A stretch of DNA of 64,000 nt from an uncultured Candidatus Babeliaceae bacterium (GTDB lineage: Bacteria; Babelota; Babeliae; Babelales; Babelaceae). Every line of letters starts with the position of its first letter. Position 1 is the stretch's first letter. The notes under the pieces are model-generated. The model saw nothing but the letters and a program-made list of their open reading frames with translations, did no database searches and was not told the DNA's origin. Shown one piece after another: positions 30,564-39,950 of the stretch. The position numbers and the translations under genes were made by a program. The DNA is taken from NCBI GenBank assembly GCA_963704655.1, contig OY969927.1, positions 1,152,001 through 1,216,000 on the forward strand, written 5' to 3'.

Positions 30564-31274
30564 TTACATGCGGAGTGGCGCGCTGGAGCTACTGCCTGTG
30601 CTTGGTAATGATGCTGGAGCTGGAGTTGTTAATTTAGCAAGTAAAGCTTTGCGTTTTGTATGTGATAGATGTTTGTCAGCGCCCTTTAAGTTTCTTATTG
30701 CCCATTCTCCACGATGATCATAGAAATCAAAATTGAGATCAATATGAGGACGTGTTAAAAAATCTTCAATAGTTATTGCTTTTTTTACTTTTTTATCAGT
30801 GAAAGCGAAAAGCTTTTTAGATAATTGAGCTACGTCGGGTTGCATGATTTCATTGATAAGATCGAGGTTGTTTTCTGCTGATAGCGCATCAAGTACAAGT
30901 ATCCCTGGAATGGTCCCTGGGCGCCCATTAATTTCATAAATAGCATCAAAATCACATTCTGCTGCTGCAGCTTTTACATCTTTTGACTTAATTTTGGTAT
31001 TTTTTGGATCTTGATAACAGCGCACTAAGCAAAAAAAGCCTTGAAAATATGAGGTGCTGTCAGAAATTACTTTCGTAGTCGGAGCAGTGTATAAATTAAC
31101 TGCTGTATCAGCTTCTAATGGAGTTGAAGAACTTGCTTCTTGTCCGCCATTTAATCTTTTTGCACCACTAAAGGTGTAATTAGGAAATAGGCGTTTTTTA
31201 GTTGGCTCGCCAGGTGCTTCTGCAGCAAAGCAAGAAAGCGCATAAAGCGCTATAATATAATATTTGATCTTCAT
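30564..31274 (-). CDS. Secreted hypothetical protein; paralog of 28639..29514
   Basis: Signal peptide; PTKKRLF; DAIYEING, TIPG, IEDFL. Confidence 0.75.
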   Translation of the reverse strand: MKIKYYIIALYALSCFAAEAPGEPTKKRLFPNYTFSGAKRLNGGQEASSSTPLEADTAVNLYTAPTTKVISDSTSYFQGFFCLVRCYQDPKNTKIKSKDVKAAAAECDFDAIYEINGRPGTIPGILVLDALSAENNLDLINEIMQPDVAQLSKKLFAFTDKKVKKAITIEDFLTRPHIDLNFDFYDHRGEWAIRNLKGADKHLSHTKRKALLAKLTTPAPASLPSTGSSSSAPLRM

Positions 31275-31373
31275 GATATTCTTTCATTAAAATGATAAAC
31301 TCTATATTTTTTTATTTTAATTAATAGTTTATCATTTTAATTACAACTGTCAATTTTATTGCAAATTGAAATG

Positions 31374-32672
31374 CTAATCGGTGCTTTCTAGGGTTTCTGG
31401 CATTGCATGGGCAAAGACAAGAACCTGTAAAATACGCTTAGGGCTGGCCTGCTGAATTTGGAAATGGTACGTTTTATAGGTGAATCGGTCACCTTTTTTA
31501 GGTAAGCGTTGCAGCTTTTCTATCAGGAAGCCACTTAAGGTAACCGCATCTTCAGTTTCAAAGGTGATGTTAAAGTAAGCAGCAAGCTTATCAAGCTCGA
31601 TACTTGCATCAACTAACCAGCTATCATGCTTAAGCGCGATAATCTTTTCATTTACTTCTTCATACTCATCCCTAATTTCACCAACGATCTCTTCTAAGAC
31701 GTCTTCCAGGGTAACAAGGCCAATAATACTGCCATGTTCATTAAGAACCATAGCGATGTGCATCTGTTGGGTTTTGAACTCTTTTAGAAGTTGGCTAACT
31801 TTAATGCTTTCTGGGATAAACAGAATTGGGCGGACAATGCTTTTGATAGGTTTATCTTCGTTATGTAAAAATGCTACAAAGATATCTTTTAAGTGCAACA
31901 TACCAATAACATTGTCTATGGTACCTTCGTATACCGGAAAGCGTGAGTACTGATATTTTTTAAAGCGTTCGAGCGCCTCTTTTTGTGAGGTATCAGAAGA
32001 AATTGCAATAACATTTGTTGATGGAATCATAATCTCGCGGACGCCAGTTGTGCCAAGCCTAAAGATACTTTTAAGCATAGCCGTCTTTTCTGTCTCCATG
32101 AGCCCCTTTTCATAGATATAGTCTATAAGAAACTGTATCTCTTTTTCAGAGGTGATTCCTTCTGATTGAACATTAGTTTTTTCACCAACTTTTGCAACCA
32201 CAAAGTCTGATATACTCACTAAAAGATTCACGGGAAAATAAAGCAGGTAATAGGTGACAGCAGTAACCCCTAATGTATAAGGGAACATCTTGTCGCCGAG
32301 AGCCTTGGCTACGTTTTTTGGGATCACATCGCCAAAAACCAAAATTGCTGCAGATGTGAAAAGAATATCAAGCAAGTAGGATGCAGGAAATCCAGCAAAA
32401 AAGTACTGGGTAATTGCAGAACCCGCATTAGCCGCTGCTACGTTTGCAAGACAGCTTGCAATAAGAATAGCCGAAAATATACGGTGTGGTTGATCTTCTA
32501 GCGTTGCAAGGAGGCTTTTGTAGCCAGTGGTTGATTGTGATATCTCTTTAAGCTTAAAAAGACGCATTGCTGTAATGGTGGTCTCTAAAAATGAATAAAG
32601 TGCGCAAAATGCAAGCGAAATGACAAACACTATGATATGCGTATATATACTACTATCCGGTATGGGTCCCAT
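31374..32672 (-). CDS. HlyC/CorC (CNNM-CBS-CorC) family transporter
   Basis: N-terminal TMs with GDVIPK; CBS pair YSRFPVY and GLVTLEDVLEEIVGEI; CorC domain. Confidence 0.92.
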   Translation of the reverse strand: MGPIPDSSIYTHIIVFVISLAFCALYSFLETTITAMRLFKLKEISQSTTGYKSLLATLEDQPHRIFSAILIASCLANVAAANAGSAITQYFFAGFPASYLLDILFTSAAILVFGDVIPKNVAKALGDKMFPYTLGVTAVTYYLLYFPVNLLVSISDFVVAKVGEKTNVQSEGITSEKEIQFLIDYIYEKGLMETEKTAMLKSIFRLGTTGVREIMIPSTNVIAISSDTSQKEALERFKKYQYSRFPVYEGTIDNVIGMLHLKDIFVAFLHNEDKPIKSIVRPILFIPESIKVSQLLKEFKTQQMHIAMVLNEHGSIIGLVTLEDVLEEIVGEIRDEYEEVNEKIIALKHDSWLVDASIELDKLAAYFNITFETEDAVTLSGFLIEKLQRLPKKGDRFTYKTYHFQIQQASPKRILQVLVFAHAMPETLESTD

Positions 32673-32704
32673 ATAATTAATCAACCTTTCTTGATTGTAA
32701 CTTT

Positions 32705-34681
32705 TTATTCTTCATCACCATCTTCTTCTAATGCTTCTTCAGCAGTAAATTCATATTCTTTATCAAAGAACGTTTGTAACGATTTGCTACGTGAAGGGTG
32801 GCGCAATTTACGCAACGCTTTCACTTCAATTTGTCGAATACGTTCACGAGTTACGCCAAAATCTTTACCTACTTCTTCAAGAGTATGTTCAGATGCAACG
32901 TCAATGCCAAAGCGCATTTTAAGTACTTTTTCTTCTCGTGGCGTTAATGTTTTGAGCACCTCGCGAACACGTTCTTTTAAGTCGCTATTTGCAACGGTGT
33001 CAGCAGGTGAAAAATCATTTTCATTTTCGATAAAATCTTTGATAAATGCATCTTCACTATCGCCAACTGGAGTTTCAAATGAAATCGGCTCTTTAGAGAT
33101 CTTGATGATATTTTTAATCTTTTTCTCATCAATATTTAGTTCTTTTGCAAGCTCGGCATGGGTCGGTTCACGACCATGTTCTTGAATGAAGGTGCGTTTA
33201 ATTTTATTAATCTTATTAAGTGTTTCAACCATATGAACCGGTACACGAATTGTACGTGATTGGTCCGCAATTGCACGGGTGATTGCTTGGCGGATCCACC
33301 AGGTTGCATAGGTAGAAAATTTATATCCACGTTCAAATTCAAATTTTTCAACCGCTTTCAGTAAGACCGATATTACCTTCTTGAATCAGATCAAGAAATG
33401 TAATCCACGGTTTACATATTTTTTAGCGATATTAACGACAAGACGTAAGTTTGCATGCGCGAGATTATCTTTTGCACGTTTATCTTTTGTCTGACAATCC
33501 ATAAGCTTTTTAAAGAGCTGTACGATTTTATCGTATGGTAAGCCAACTTCATGTTCGATCTTTTTGACACTTTTTTGTGCAGCGCGCATGGTAGATTCAA
33601 CTTCTAGCAGCTGTTCTTTTTGATCCGCATCAAGATTTTTTTGCGCGGTTAATTCGGCAATCTCTTGTTTACATTGTTGACCAAGTAGGTTCTTTTCATC
33701 AATTTTTGCAAGGGCTTTTTCGATGCGCTTAACTAATTTGCGAATTAATTTGTTAGAAAATTTAATAGATTGGATCTTTTTACTGATCTCTTCTTTATTT
33801 TTCTTAACTTCATTTAACATCGCTTTTTTTTGAGCTTCAGTCTCTAGCTTGCCGCGATAACTGCGGTAAATCTTCTCTTCGTTGTCTATAAGTTGCTGAA
33901 TTTCAGTAATCTTTTTTAAAAGATTCTCTTTTTCTTCTTCATATTTTGGTAAATTTTCTTCACCGAATTCAGAAAACTGAATAATATCTTTTAGTGTTGA
34001 ATTGTCTTTGCTTAATTTTTCGCCAATAGCGATCAGTTCTTTGTGAATAAAGGGAAACTTCGAAAGTGCCTCAATGCTATCACTTTTACATGACGCTATT
34101 TGTTCAGCAATAACAGTTTCTGTTTTTTTATTCAAAAGTGGTATCTTGCCAATGTCGCGTAAGTAGCATTTAACACCATCAGGCATATAGCTTGATTCAG
34201 CCGCCTCTTTAATGGTATCATCAGCTTCTGGGTCATCCTCAGAAGCCTCGGATGCATCTTCGTCCTCTTCGGCAAAATCAAAGGTGCTTTCAAGGTCACC
34301 GGTGAATTTACGCGTAGCGGTAGTTGTCTCATCTTGAGCAAACTCTTCTAATTCTGCACCGGCTTCGAGCTCATCGTGCATTAAAAGTTCTATATTTTCA
34401 CGTTCAATAGTTTTTAAAAGGTCACTGATCTCTTGTTCAGTAAAGTTATTTGCTTCAGCAAAATCCATTACCTCTTCGTAAGTTAAGACATTGGTGCGTC
34501 TGCCCTTATCAAGAAGACCTTCGGTAAGTTCTTGTTTAAGATCAAGCTCGCGGTTGCCTGTAGGAGCAACAACAGTTTTTGGGCTGCTTTTTGTTGCGCT
34601 TTGACGCACTATTTTAGCTGCTGGCTTAGCAGAAGTTGGCGCTTTTGGTGCGCTTTTGCGCACTACTTTACTTGTCGTCAT
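32705..34681 (-). CDS. rpoD: RNA polymerase sigma factor RpoD, interrupted by two compensating indels in region 2
   Basis: [44 protein letters not shown]; one missing base at about 33396-33398 and one extra base at 33361. Confidence 0.93.
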
Positions 34682-36558
34682 ACTTGGTCTTTCATAAACA
34701 ATTTTTGCTTAAGATTCTGAAATTGAGCAATTATGGTTTCTAATTCTTGATTTCTATTCAATTTCTGAGCCTGAGCTATTTTAATTTTGACACCATTTAC
34801 TATCATTTTCCACCGTTTTTTATAAAACTGTAAAAAAAGTTCCTCCAGCGCGGGGCCTTGTCCTTGAACTTCATCCTCCATCAACAGAGATACGATGAAC
34901 TCCTTTTCATGTTCGGTGCATAGATCTGTTACAGAGACATTGTTCAATAGATCTTTATGCATTTGGAGACGCTCGATAATCGGAAATAAATAAGGAGTAA
35001 AAGCTAGTTTCAAAAAAGCATGCTCTTCTGGCGTCAGGATATATTTTTTACTTATTATAGCAGAGAATATTTTTTTCTCCAAATCGCTAATTTCTATTTG
35101 TGTATTATCAGCTTCTGATTTTTTTTCAATAACTTGCTCTGGCGTGCTATTTGTCACGGCTCGCCCTGAGCGAAGTCGAACGGGTGCGGGGCTGCCTGAA
35201 CCCGGTACAGGGTCACCTGGTTGTAATAGTCGATCGCCTGCTTGATCGCCAGGTTCAAATATAGAATTTTTACGCGCATGGAGCCCCTTCTTTTCAAAAA
35301 AGTGTTTCTTCAGGTTCTCATAAGGTACTTGGCAAGCTTGTGCAGCCTTTTGCAGTAAAAAATCCTGTTTAATCGGATCCTGAACCTGCATGATAAGTTC
35401 TACAATAGCCTTTATGCGTGCCATGCGCTCATGTAAACTCAGCTCGCCTTGATTGTTTTCTGCTGTCTTTTGTATAAAATACTCAAAAATATTAACTGCA
35501 GTTACTGTTAAATGAGTTACATCAGCTCCTTGAGCAACAAGTGAGCAAGGATCCTCCCCTGTAGGAAGCTGAATAACATAAGGTTCAAGTTCAACGTCCC
35601 AGCATAATTGTGTAAGGCGCAGTGCCGCCTTTTGGCCAGCAGAATCGCCATCATACACGGTATATAACTTTTGCGCATAGCGTGATAAATTTTTGATATG
35701 TTCTGCTGTGCAGGCAGTTCCCAATGTAGCAACTGTTTGTGGAATTCCCGCTTGTGCAAATGCGATGCAATCTAAATACCCTTCAACCAGATAAACGGTA
35801 CCAGTATCTTGTATATGCTTTTTTGCCTGGTGAAAACCGTATAAAATAGTCCCTTTTGAAAAATAGGGGTGGTCCTGGGAGTTATAATATTTTGCGCGAG
35901 TATCTTCAGGCATAAATATGCGGCCACCTAGCCCGCATGGTCGCCCAAGGGCATCATGAATTGGGAATGTTATCCGTTCTTCATAGGGGCTATAGAGTGT
36001 TTGCCCTTCGCGTAAAATATTTGCCTGGATAAGATCCTGGGCCATGATATTATTATCTTTGCAGGCAGCTAAAAGTTTTTTAATGCTTTGTTGTCCGCCA
36101 GGAAAGTAGCCGATAGAGAAATTGTCGATGCTTGCTTGGGTGATTCCGCGGTTTTTAATATATTCTTGGGCAACTTTTGATTTCTTAAACTGTTCGATGC
36201 ACCATTGTGCGACAATTTCGTGCACGTGAGTATAGATCTCTTTTTCATGCTTGTTGGCAGTAAACTGTTGCAACGTCTCTTCTGGAAGCTGAATTGCGTA
36301 TCGTTCTGCAAGGTGCTTCACGGCTTCTACTGGTGTGCAATGTTCAACTTTGGTAATAAAGGTCACTACGTCGCCACCGTTATGGCACCCAAAGCAATAA
36401 AATATCTCTTTGTGGGGACTTACGGTAAACGAAGCCGTCCGTTCATGGTGAAACGGGCATTGGCCCTTCCAGTAGTTTCCAGCCCTTTTTAAGGTAGTAT
36501 ATTCCTGAACAACGTCTAAAATCTGGATATGTGTTTTGATAACAGAAAAAATATTCAT
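34678..36558 (-). CDS. dnaG: DNA primase
   Basis: CPFHHERTASF..CFGC zinc finger, KYYNS, VEGYLD, YDGDSAG. Confidence 0.97.
   Translation of the reverse strand: MNIFSVIKTHIQILDVVQEYTTLKRAGNYWKGQCPFHHERTASFTVSPHKEIFYCFGCHNGGDVVTFITKVEHCTPVEAVKHLAERYAIQLPEETLQQFTANKHEKEIYTHVHEIVAQWCIEQFKKSKVAQEYIKNRGITQASIDNFSIGYFPGGQQSIKKLLAACKDNNIMAQDLIQANILREGQTLYSPYEERITFPIHDALGRPCGLGGRIFMPEDTRAKYYNSQDHPYFSKGTILYGFHQAKKHIQDTGTVYLVEGYLDCIAFAQAGIPQTVATLGTACTAEHIKNLSRYAQKLYTVYDGDSAGQKAALRLTQLCWDVELEPYVIQLPTGEDPCSLVAQGADVTHLTVTAVNIFEYFIQKTAENNQGELSLHERMARIKAIVELIMQVQDPIKQDFLLQKAAQACQVPYENLKKHFFEKKGLHARKNSIFEPGDQAGDRLLQPGDPVPGSGSPAPVRLRSGRAVTNSTPEQVIEKKSEADNTQIEISDLEKKIFSAIISKKYILTPEEHAFLKLAFTPYLFPIIERLQMHKDLLNNVSVTDLCTEHEKEFIVSLLMEDEVQGQGPALEELFLQFYKKRWKMIVNGVKIKIAQAQKLNRNQELETIIAQFQNLKQKLFMKDQV
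35157..35184 (+). repeat. Palindromic repeat unit, in frame inside dnaG
   Basis: CGGCTCGCCCTGAGCGAAGTCGAACGGG is nearly the reverse complement of the intergenic copy at 50879; encodes PVRLRSGRA. Confidence 0.8.
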
Positions 36559-36636
36559 AGATATTTAGTATAACCTAATGAATTTTTTTGTGTGTAAAAA
36601 AAGTTAATGTGTTTTCTGAACTTAAGGTGCTGTGCT

Positions 36637-36963
36637 CTATAGCTTTTTGTTGGCAATTAAAGCTAATTGCGTAGCTCCGCTCATGCTTCCTATAATGCCT
36701 ATAGTTGCAAGAATTGAAGCCCCGATTAATGTTATTATAGGGTCGTTATATTCAACCTCTTGCCATGTTAAGCGTGGAATTTGTCTGTGTGCTAACCATG
36801 CGCCAGCCAAAAGAAGAAAAGTTGCTTTTGAGATGTTTTGCCAACTATCAACAGAAAGTTCTTCTTTAAGAGCCTTTAAATCAATTGTTGCTGTATAGGG
36901 AGTATGAAATAGTGAGATTGTTGAAATTGCTAAAATTATTTTACTCAAAAAACTCTTTTTCAT
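36637..36963 (-). CDS. Small membrane hypothetical protein
   Basis: Signal peptide plus two TM segments. Confidence 0.65.
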   Translation of the reverse strand: MKKSFLSKIILAISTISLFHTPYTATIDLKALKEELSVDSWQNISKATFLLLAGAWLAHRQIPRLTWQEVEYNDPIITLIGASILATIGIIGSMSGATQLALIANKKL

Positions 36964-37322
36964 ATCAATTCCTCACTAGTAATTTTAAAGCTTCCATCAG
37001 GGTTGCAATAAGTACCTCTAAACATATCATGTGCAGTTTTTAAAAGGGTTGAGACGCCAAAAAGAGGGGTACCTAGCCCTAACAAGCAAATACCTGCGAT
37101 AAAATATTTATCACTATTTTTTAAAGGCATTAACTCTTTTTCTAAATTGAGTTTATATGAGAGCGCTTGTGCGAGCAATGGTAATGTCATTAACGCGCCA
37201 ACGGCCATTATCCCTGCTGACCCATATTGCATGTGTTGATAGGTTATCGTATCGCTTATACAATAACTCGGCGTTGAGCAGATAAAACCCAAGCTTAATA
37301 GTATTAATAATAGTTTTTTCAT
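36960..37322 (-). CDS. Small membrane hypothetical protein
   Basis: Signal peptide plus two TM segments; 4-nt overlap with the next gene. Confidence 0.65.
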   Translation of the reverse strand: MKKLLLILLSLGFICSTPSYCISDTITYQHMQYGSAGIMAVGALMTLPLLAQALSYKLNLEKELMPLKNSDKYFIAGICLLGLGTPLFGVSTLLKTAHDMFRGTYCNPDGSFKITSEELI

Positions 37323-37391
37323 TAAACACCCTTGTGGTTTATATTCTATTATTAATAATAGCGTCTTTATGTGAAATTGTAAAAGTGATGC

Positions 37392-38456
37392 TCAAAAGCT
37401 TGATTTTAATTGATCTTTATACGTTCTATTATTCTTCTCAAGAACTTCCAGAAGTGCAGTGGTCTGTAGATTGCGGAAGCGGTCAATGATGTTTACTTGG
37501 TCCTGAAGCTCTTTTTCGATATCTTCGTCATGTTTGAACCCTGTGGTATTAAAAATACTTGCTTTGCTGGCATCTATTTGTCTTTGGTAACTTATTACCT
37601 TTCGCTCCAAATCAGGGGGCAAAATATGAAGGGTTGTTTGCGCAATAAGGAGCGTTAACATATTTCTTAAAAAGAAATCTTGGAACGTTAATTTACCTTG
37701 CGCGGCGCGTTCGTTTTGTTGGATCTGTAACAATTTCTTTATTAGACCTAATTTAATGAAAATATTATTTATTTCAGCTTCATTCCAAGGATTGGGTGCT
37801 TTTATAGGGCTTTTTTCGTCGAATGTTTGTAATATTCTATCATCAAAAAAAAAATCATCTGCGGACACTAGGTTAAATTTTCGATAATTACAGATCGTTT
37901 TTTTAGAACCAAAATCTGGTTGTTCCTCTATAAGCCTATATTCAAAATACCCATAATCACGTAAATTATCGTCTTGTTTAATCGTCCCAGGCAGATATAG
38001 ATATTTTTTGCCTTCTGGAAAATCGAGTACTAAAGCGTGTTTTTCAAGATGTGCGTCTATGGTTGCGGGAAACGTTCGGTAAGCTTCATCGGGCGAAAAG
38101 GTGCTTGCTCTGGAAACGGGGCTGGTGACATAAAGTTTGCGCTTTTCGTCATATTCAAATTCGGGCAAATTGTTTTCTATATCTAGTATCTCAAGTGCTT
38201 GCCATCTTTCAGTGCTCCGCCTGGAATCATCCTGTTTTAAAGATAATGGGCCACTATTGGTTCTTGGTGAATCACTTATGAAAAGAGGCTTTGGACGAAT
38301 CATGATGCCATCTGGTCCAGTGCCTTCTGATACTGCCCTTCGTAGCCTTTGAATTTTGTCCATTCCATGCGCACATGGGCTCATGGTGAGTGCTATAAAG
38401 AAAAGAATTTTGATTTTTTTATTTCTTATTACACAATTATAAAAAATTTTTTTCAT
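37392..38456 (-). CDS. Secreted hypothetical protein
   Basis: Long ORF; signal peptide ending AHG|MDK. Confidence 0.75.
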   Translation of the reverse strand: MKKIFYNCVIRNKKIKILFFIALTMSPCAHGMDKIQRLRRAVSEGTGPDGIMIRPKPLFISDSPRTNSGPLSLKQDDSRRSTERWQALEILDIENNLPEFEYDEKRKLYVTSPVSRASTFSPDEAYRTFPATIDAHLEKHALVLDFPEGKKYLYLPGTIKQDDNLRDYGYFEYRLIEEQPDFGSKKTICNYRKFNLVSADDFFFDDRILQTFDEKSPIKAPNPWNEAEINNIFIKLGLIKKLLQIQQNERAAQGKLTFQDFFLRNMLTLLIAQTTLHILPPDLERKVISYQRQIDASKASIFNTTGFKHDEDIEKELQDQVNIIDRFRNLQTTALLEVLEKNNRTYKDQLKSSF

Positions 38457-38649
38457 ACTAAAACCCTCCTATATATTAAAAATATTAAGGCTTAGGGTGA
38501 GCAATAGTCAATAATATGATTATTAAGGGGTGAGGCACCTTAATAATTTCAGCTTGAAAATCTATTTATTTCTGGTATACTTATATTTAACTTAGTAGCG
38601 TAATGCTCTATAAATATAAACAATAACGTTAATAATTAAAGGAATTACA

Positions 38650-38958
38650 ATGAAAAAAATGTTATTATTGAGCGCTCTTTTTGCTGCTTCAGCAGTTATG
38701 GCTATGGATCAAGAAAATAAAACTGCAGCGTTAAAAAACGATGTAAAAACTCTTGAAGCTATGAAATTGGGTGTTCAGCAAGCTCTTGTAAATGTGACAT
38801 TATCACCAAACGTAACTGTTCGCAGAGGTAAGCAATCTATTATCAAGCCTGCTGCATCTGTCGTTGACAATGTTGGCATATTAGAAAGAAAAGAAGCTGC
38901 TTTAACCTTGCAAATTGCAGCTGCTAAAGCAAGATTAGAAGAATCTCAAGCTAAGTAA
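38650..38958 (+). CDS. Secreted coiled-coil hypothetical protein
   Basis: RBS AAGGA; VMA|MDQ. Confidence 0.75.
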   Translation: MKKMLLLSALFAASAVMAMDQENKTAALKNDVKTLEAMKLGVQQALVNVTLSPNVTVRRGKQSIIKPAASVVDNVGILERKEAALTLQIAAAKARLEESQAK

Positions 38959-39004
38959 TGTTACTTTAATAATTAAATTCTTAACATCTTAGATTTACAT
39001 AATT

Positions 39005-39044
39005 AAGCCCCTGTTACTGTTTTCAGTAGCGGGGGCTTTTTTTT
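39005..39044 (+). terminator. Intrinsic terminator overlapping the lgt 3' end
   Basis: AAGCCCCTGTTACTG..CAGTAGCGGGGGCTTTTTTTT. Confidence 0.75.
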
Positions 39045-39832
39045 GCGATTAATTCAGAGAAAAGAATAAGAAGTATACCCGCGCACAGTATCCCAATGCT
39101 TATCCACTGGTGAAAAGAAAGTTCGGATGAATACACAAGTGCATCGGTGCTATTAATAATGCGGTCGCCACGATAAAAATCGACCACAAAGCGTTCAAGA
39201 CTAGAAAATATTAAAAATAAACCAGCCAATGTGCCCGGCTGTAATCTAAAGCGTGCGCAGAGCTGTAATATAATAAAAATTCCCAAAAAGATAAGTGAGC
39301 TATAAAGCTGCGTAGGAATCAGTGGCATGTTTAATGGCGCATGCGAACCTGCGTGCGTATACATAATCGACCATGCCGATGTAGTGGCGCATCCAAAGCA
39401 ACAGCCAGCAAACAAGCAGCCTAAGCGAGCAATTGCTTGTGCCAATGGGATATAAAGTGCCCCTAAATCTAAAATGGGTAATACGGGTATTTTGTGGTAC
39501 CACAAAAATAGTGGAACAAAGATAAGCCCTGCAATAATTGCGCCCAATATAGAAAGTCCGCCGTTCCAGACAGAAACCATTTCAGTTAGAGTGTGGTATG
39601 ATTTCCATTCACTTGCAATATGCAATACCCGAGCGCCGATTATGGCAACAATTACTGTATAAATAATAAGCTTTTCGTAAAGAGCCGAACTTATATACTT
39701 TTTACGCAAGAGGTGATTATAACTTAATGCAATAAAAGCGGTGATTCCCAGCGCAACAAAAACGCCATAAATATGTATTGAAAGTTGGCCGAATAAGTGA
39801 AAAATCTCTGGATTTAAACTAAATGTTAGCAT
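39023..39832 (-). CDS. lgt: Prolipoprotein diacylglyceryl transferase
   Basis: IIGARVLH, WNGGLSILG, RLGCLFAGCCFG, PTQLYS, RFVVDFYRGD. Confidence 0.95.
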   Translation of the reverse strand: MLTFSLNPEIFHLFGQLSIHIYGVFVALGITAFIALSYNHLLRKKYISSALYEKLIIYTVIVAIIGARVLHIASEWKSYHTLTEMVSVWNGGLSILGAIIAGLIFVPLFLWYHKIPVLPILDLGALYIPLAQAIARLGCLFAGCCFGCATTSAWSIMYTHAGSHAPLNMPLIPTQLYSSLIFLGIFIILQLCARFRLQPGTLAGLFLIFSSLERFVVDFYRGDRIINSTDALVYSSELSFHQWISIGILCAGILLILFSELIAKKSPRY

Positions 39833-39857
39833 AAATTACATTTCTAAATTTGGCCGC

Positions 39858-39950
39858 ATGGATTCGACTACGCTCACCACGAGCGGCCTTTAACCCGTGC
39901 ACCCTGAGTGCCCGAAGTAGCGTTAACGCGAAGACGGGTGTATCGAAGGG
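39858..39950. repeat. Inverted dimer of the palindromic repeat; overlaps the mnmG stop codon
   Basis: 93 nt; near copy of 40245-40337. Confidence 0.9.
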
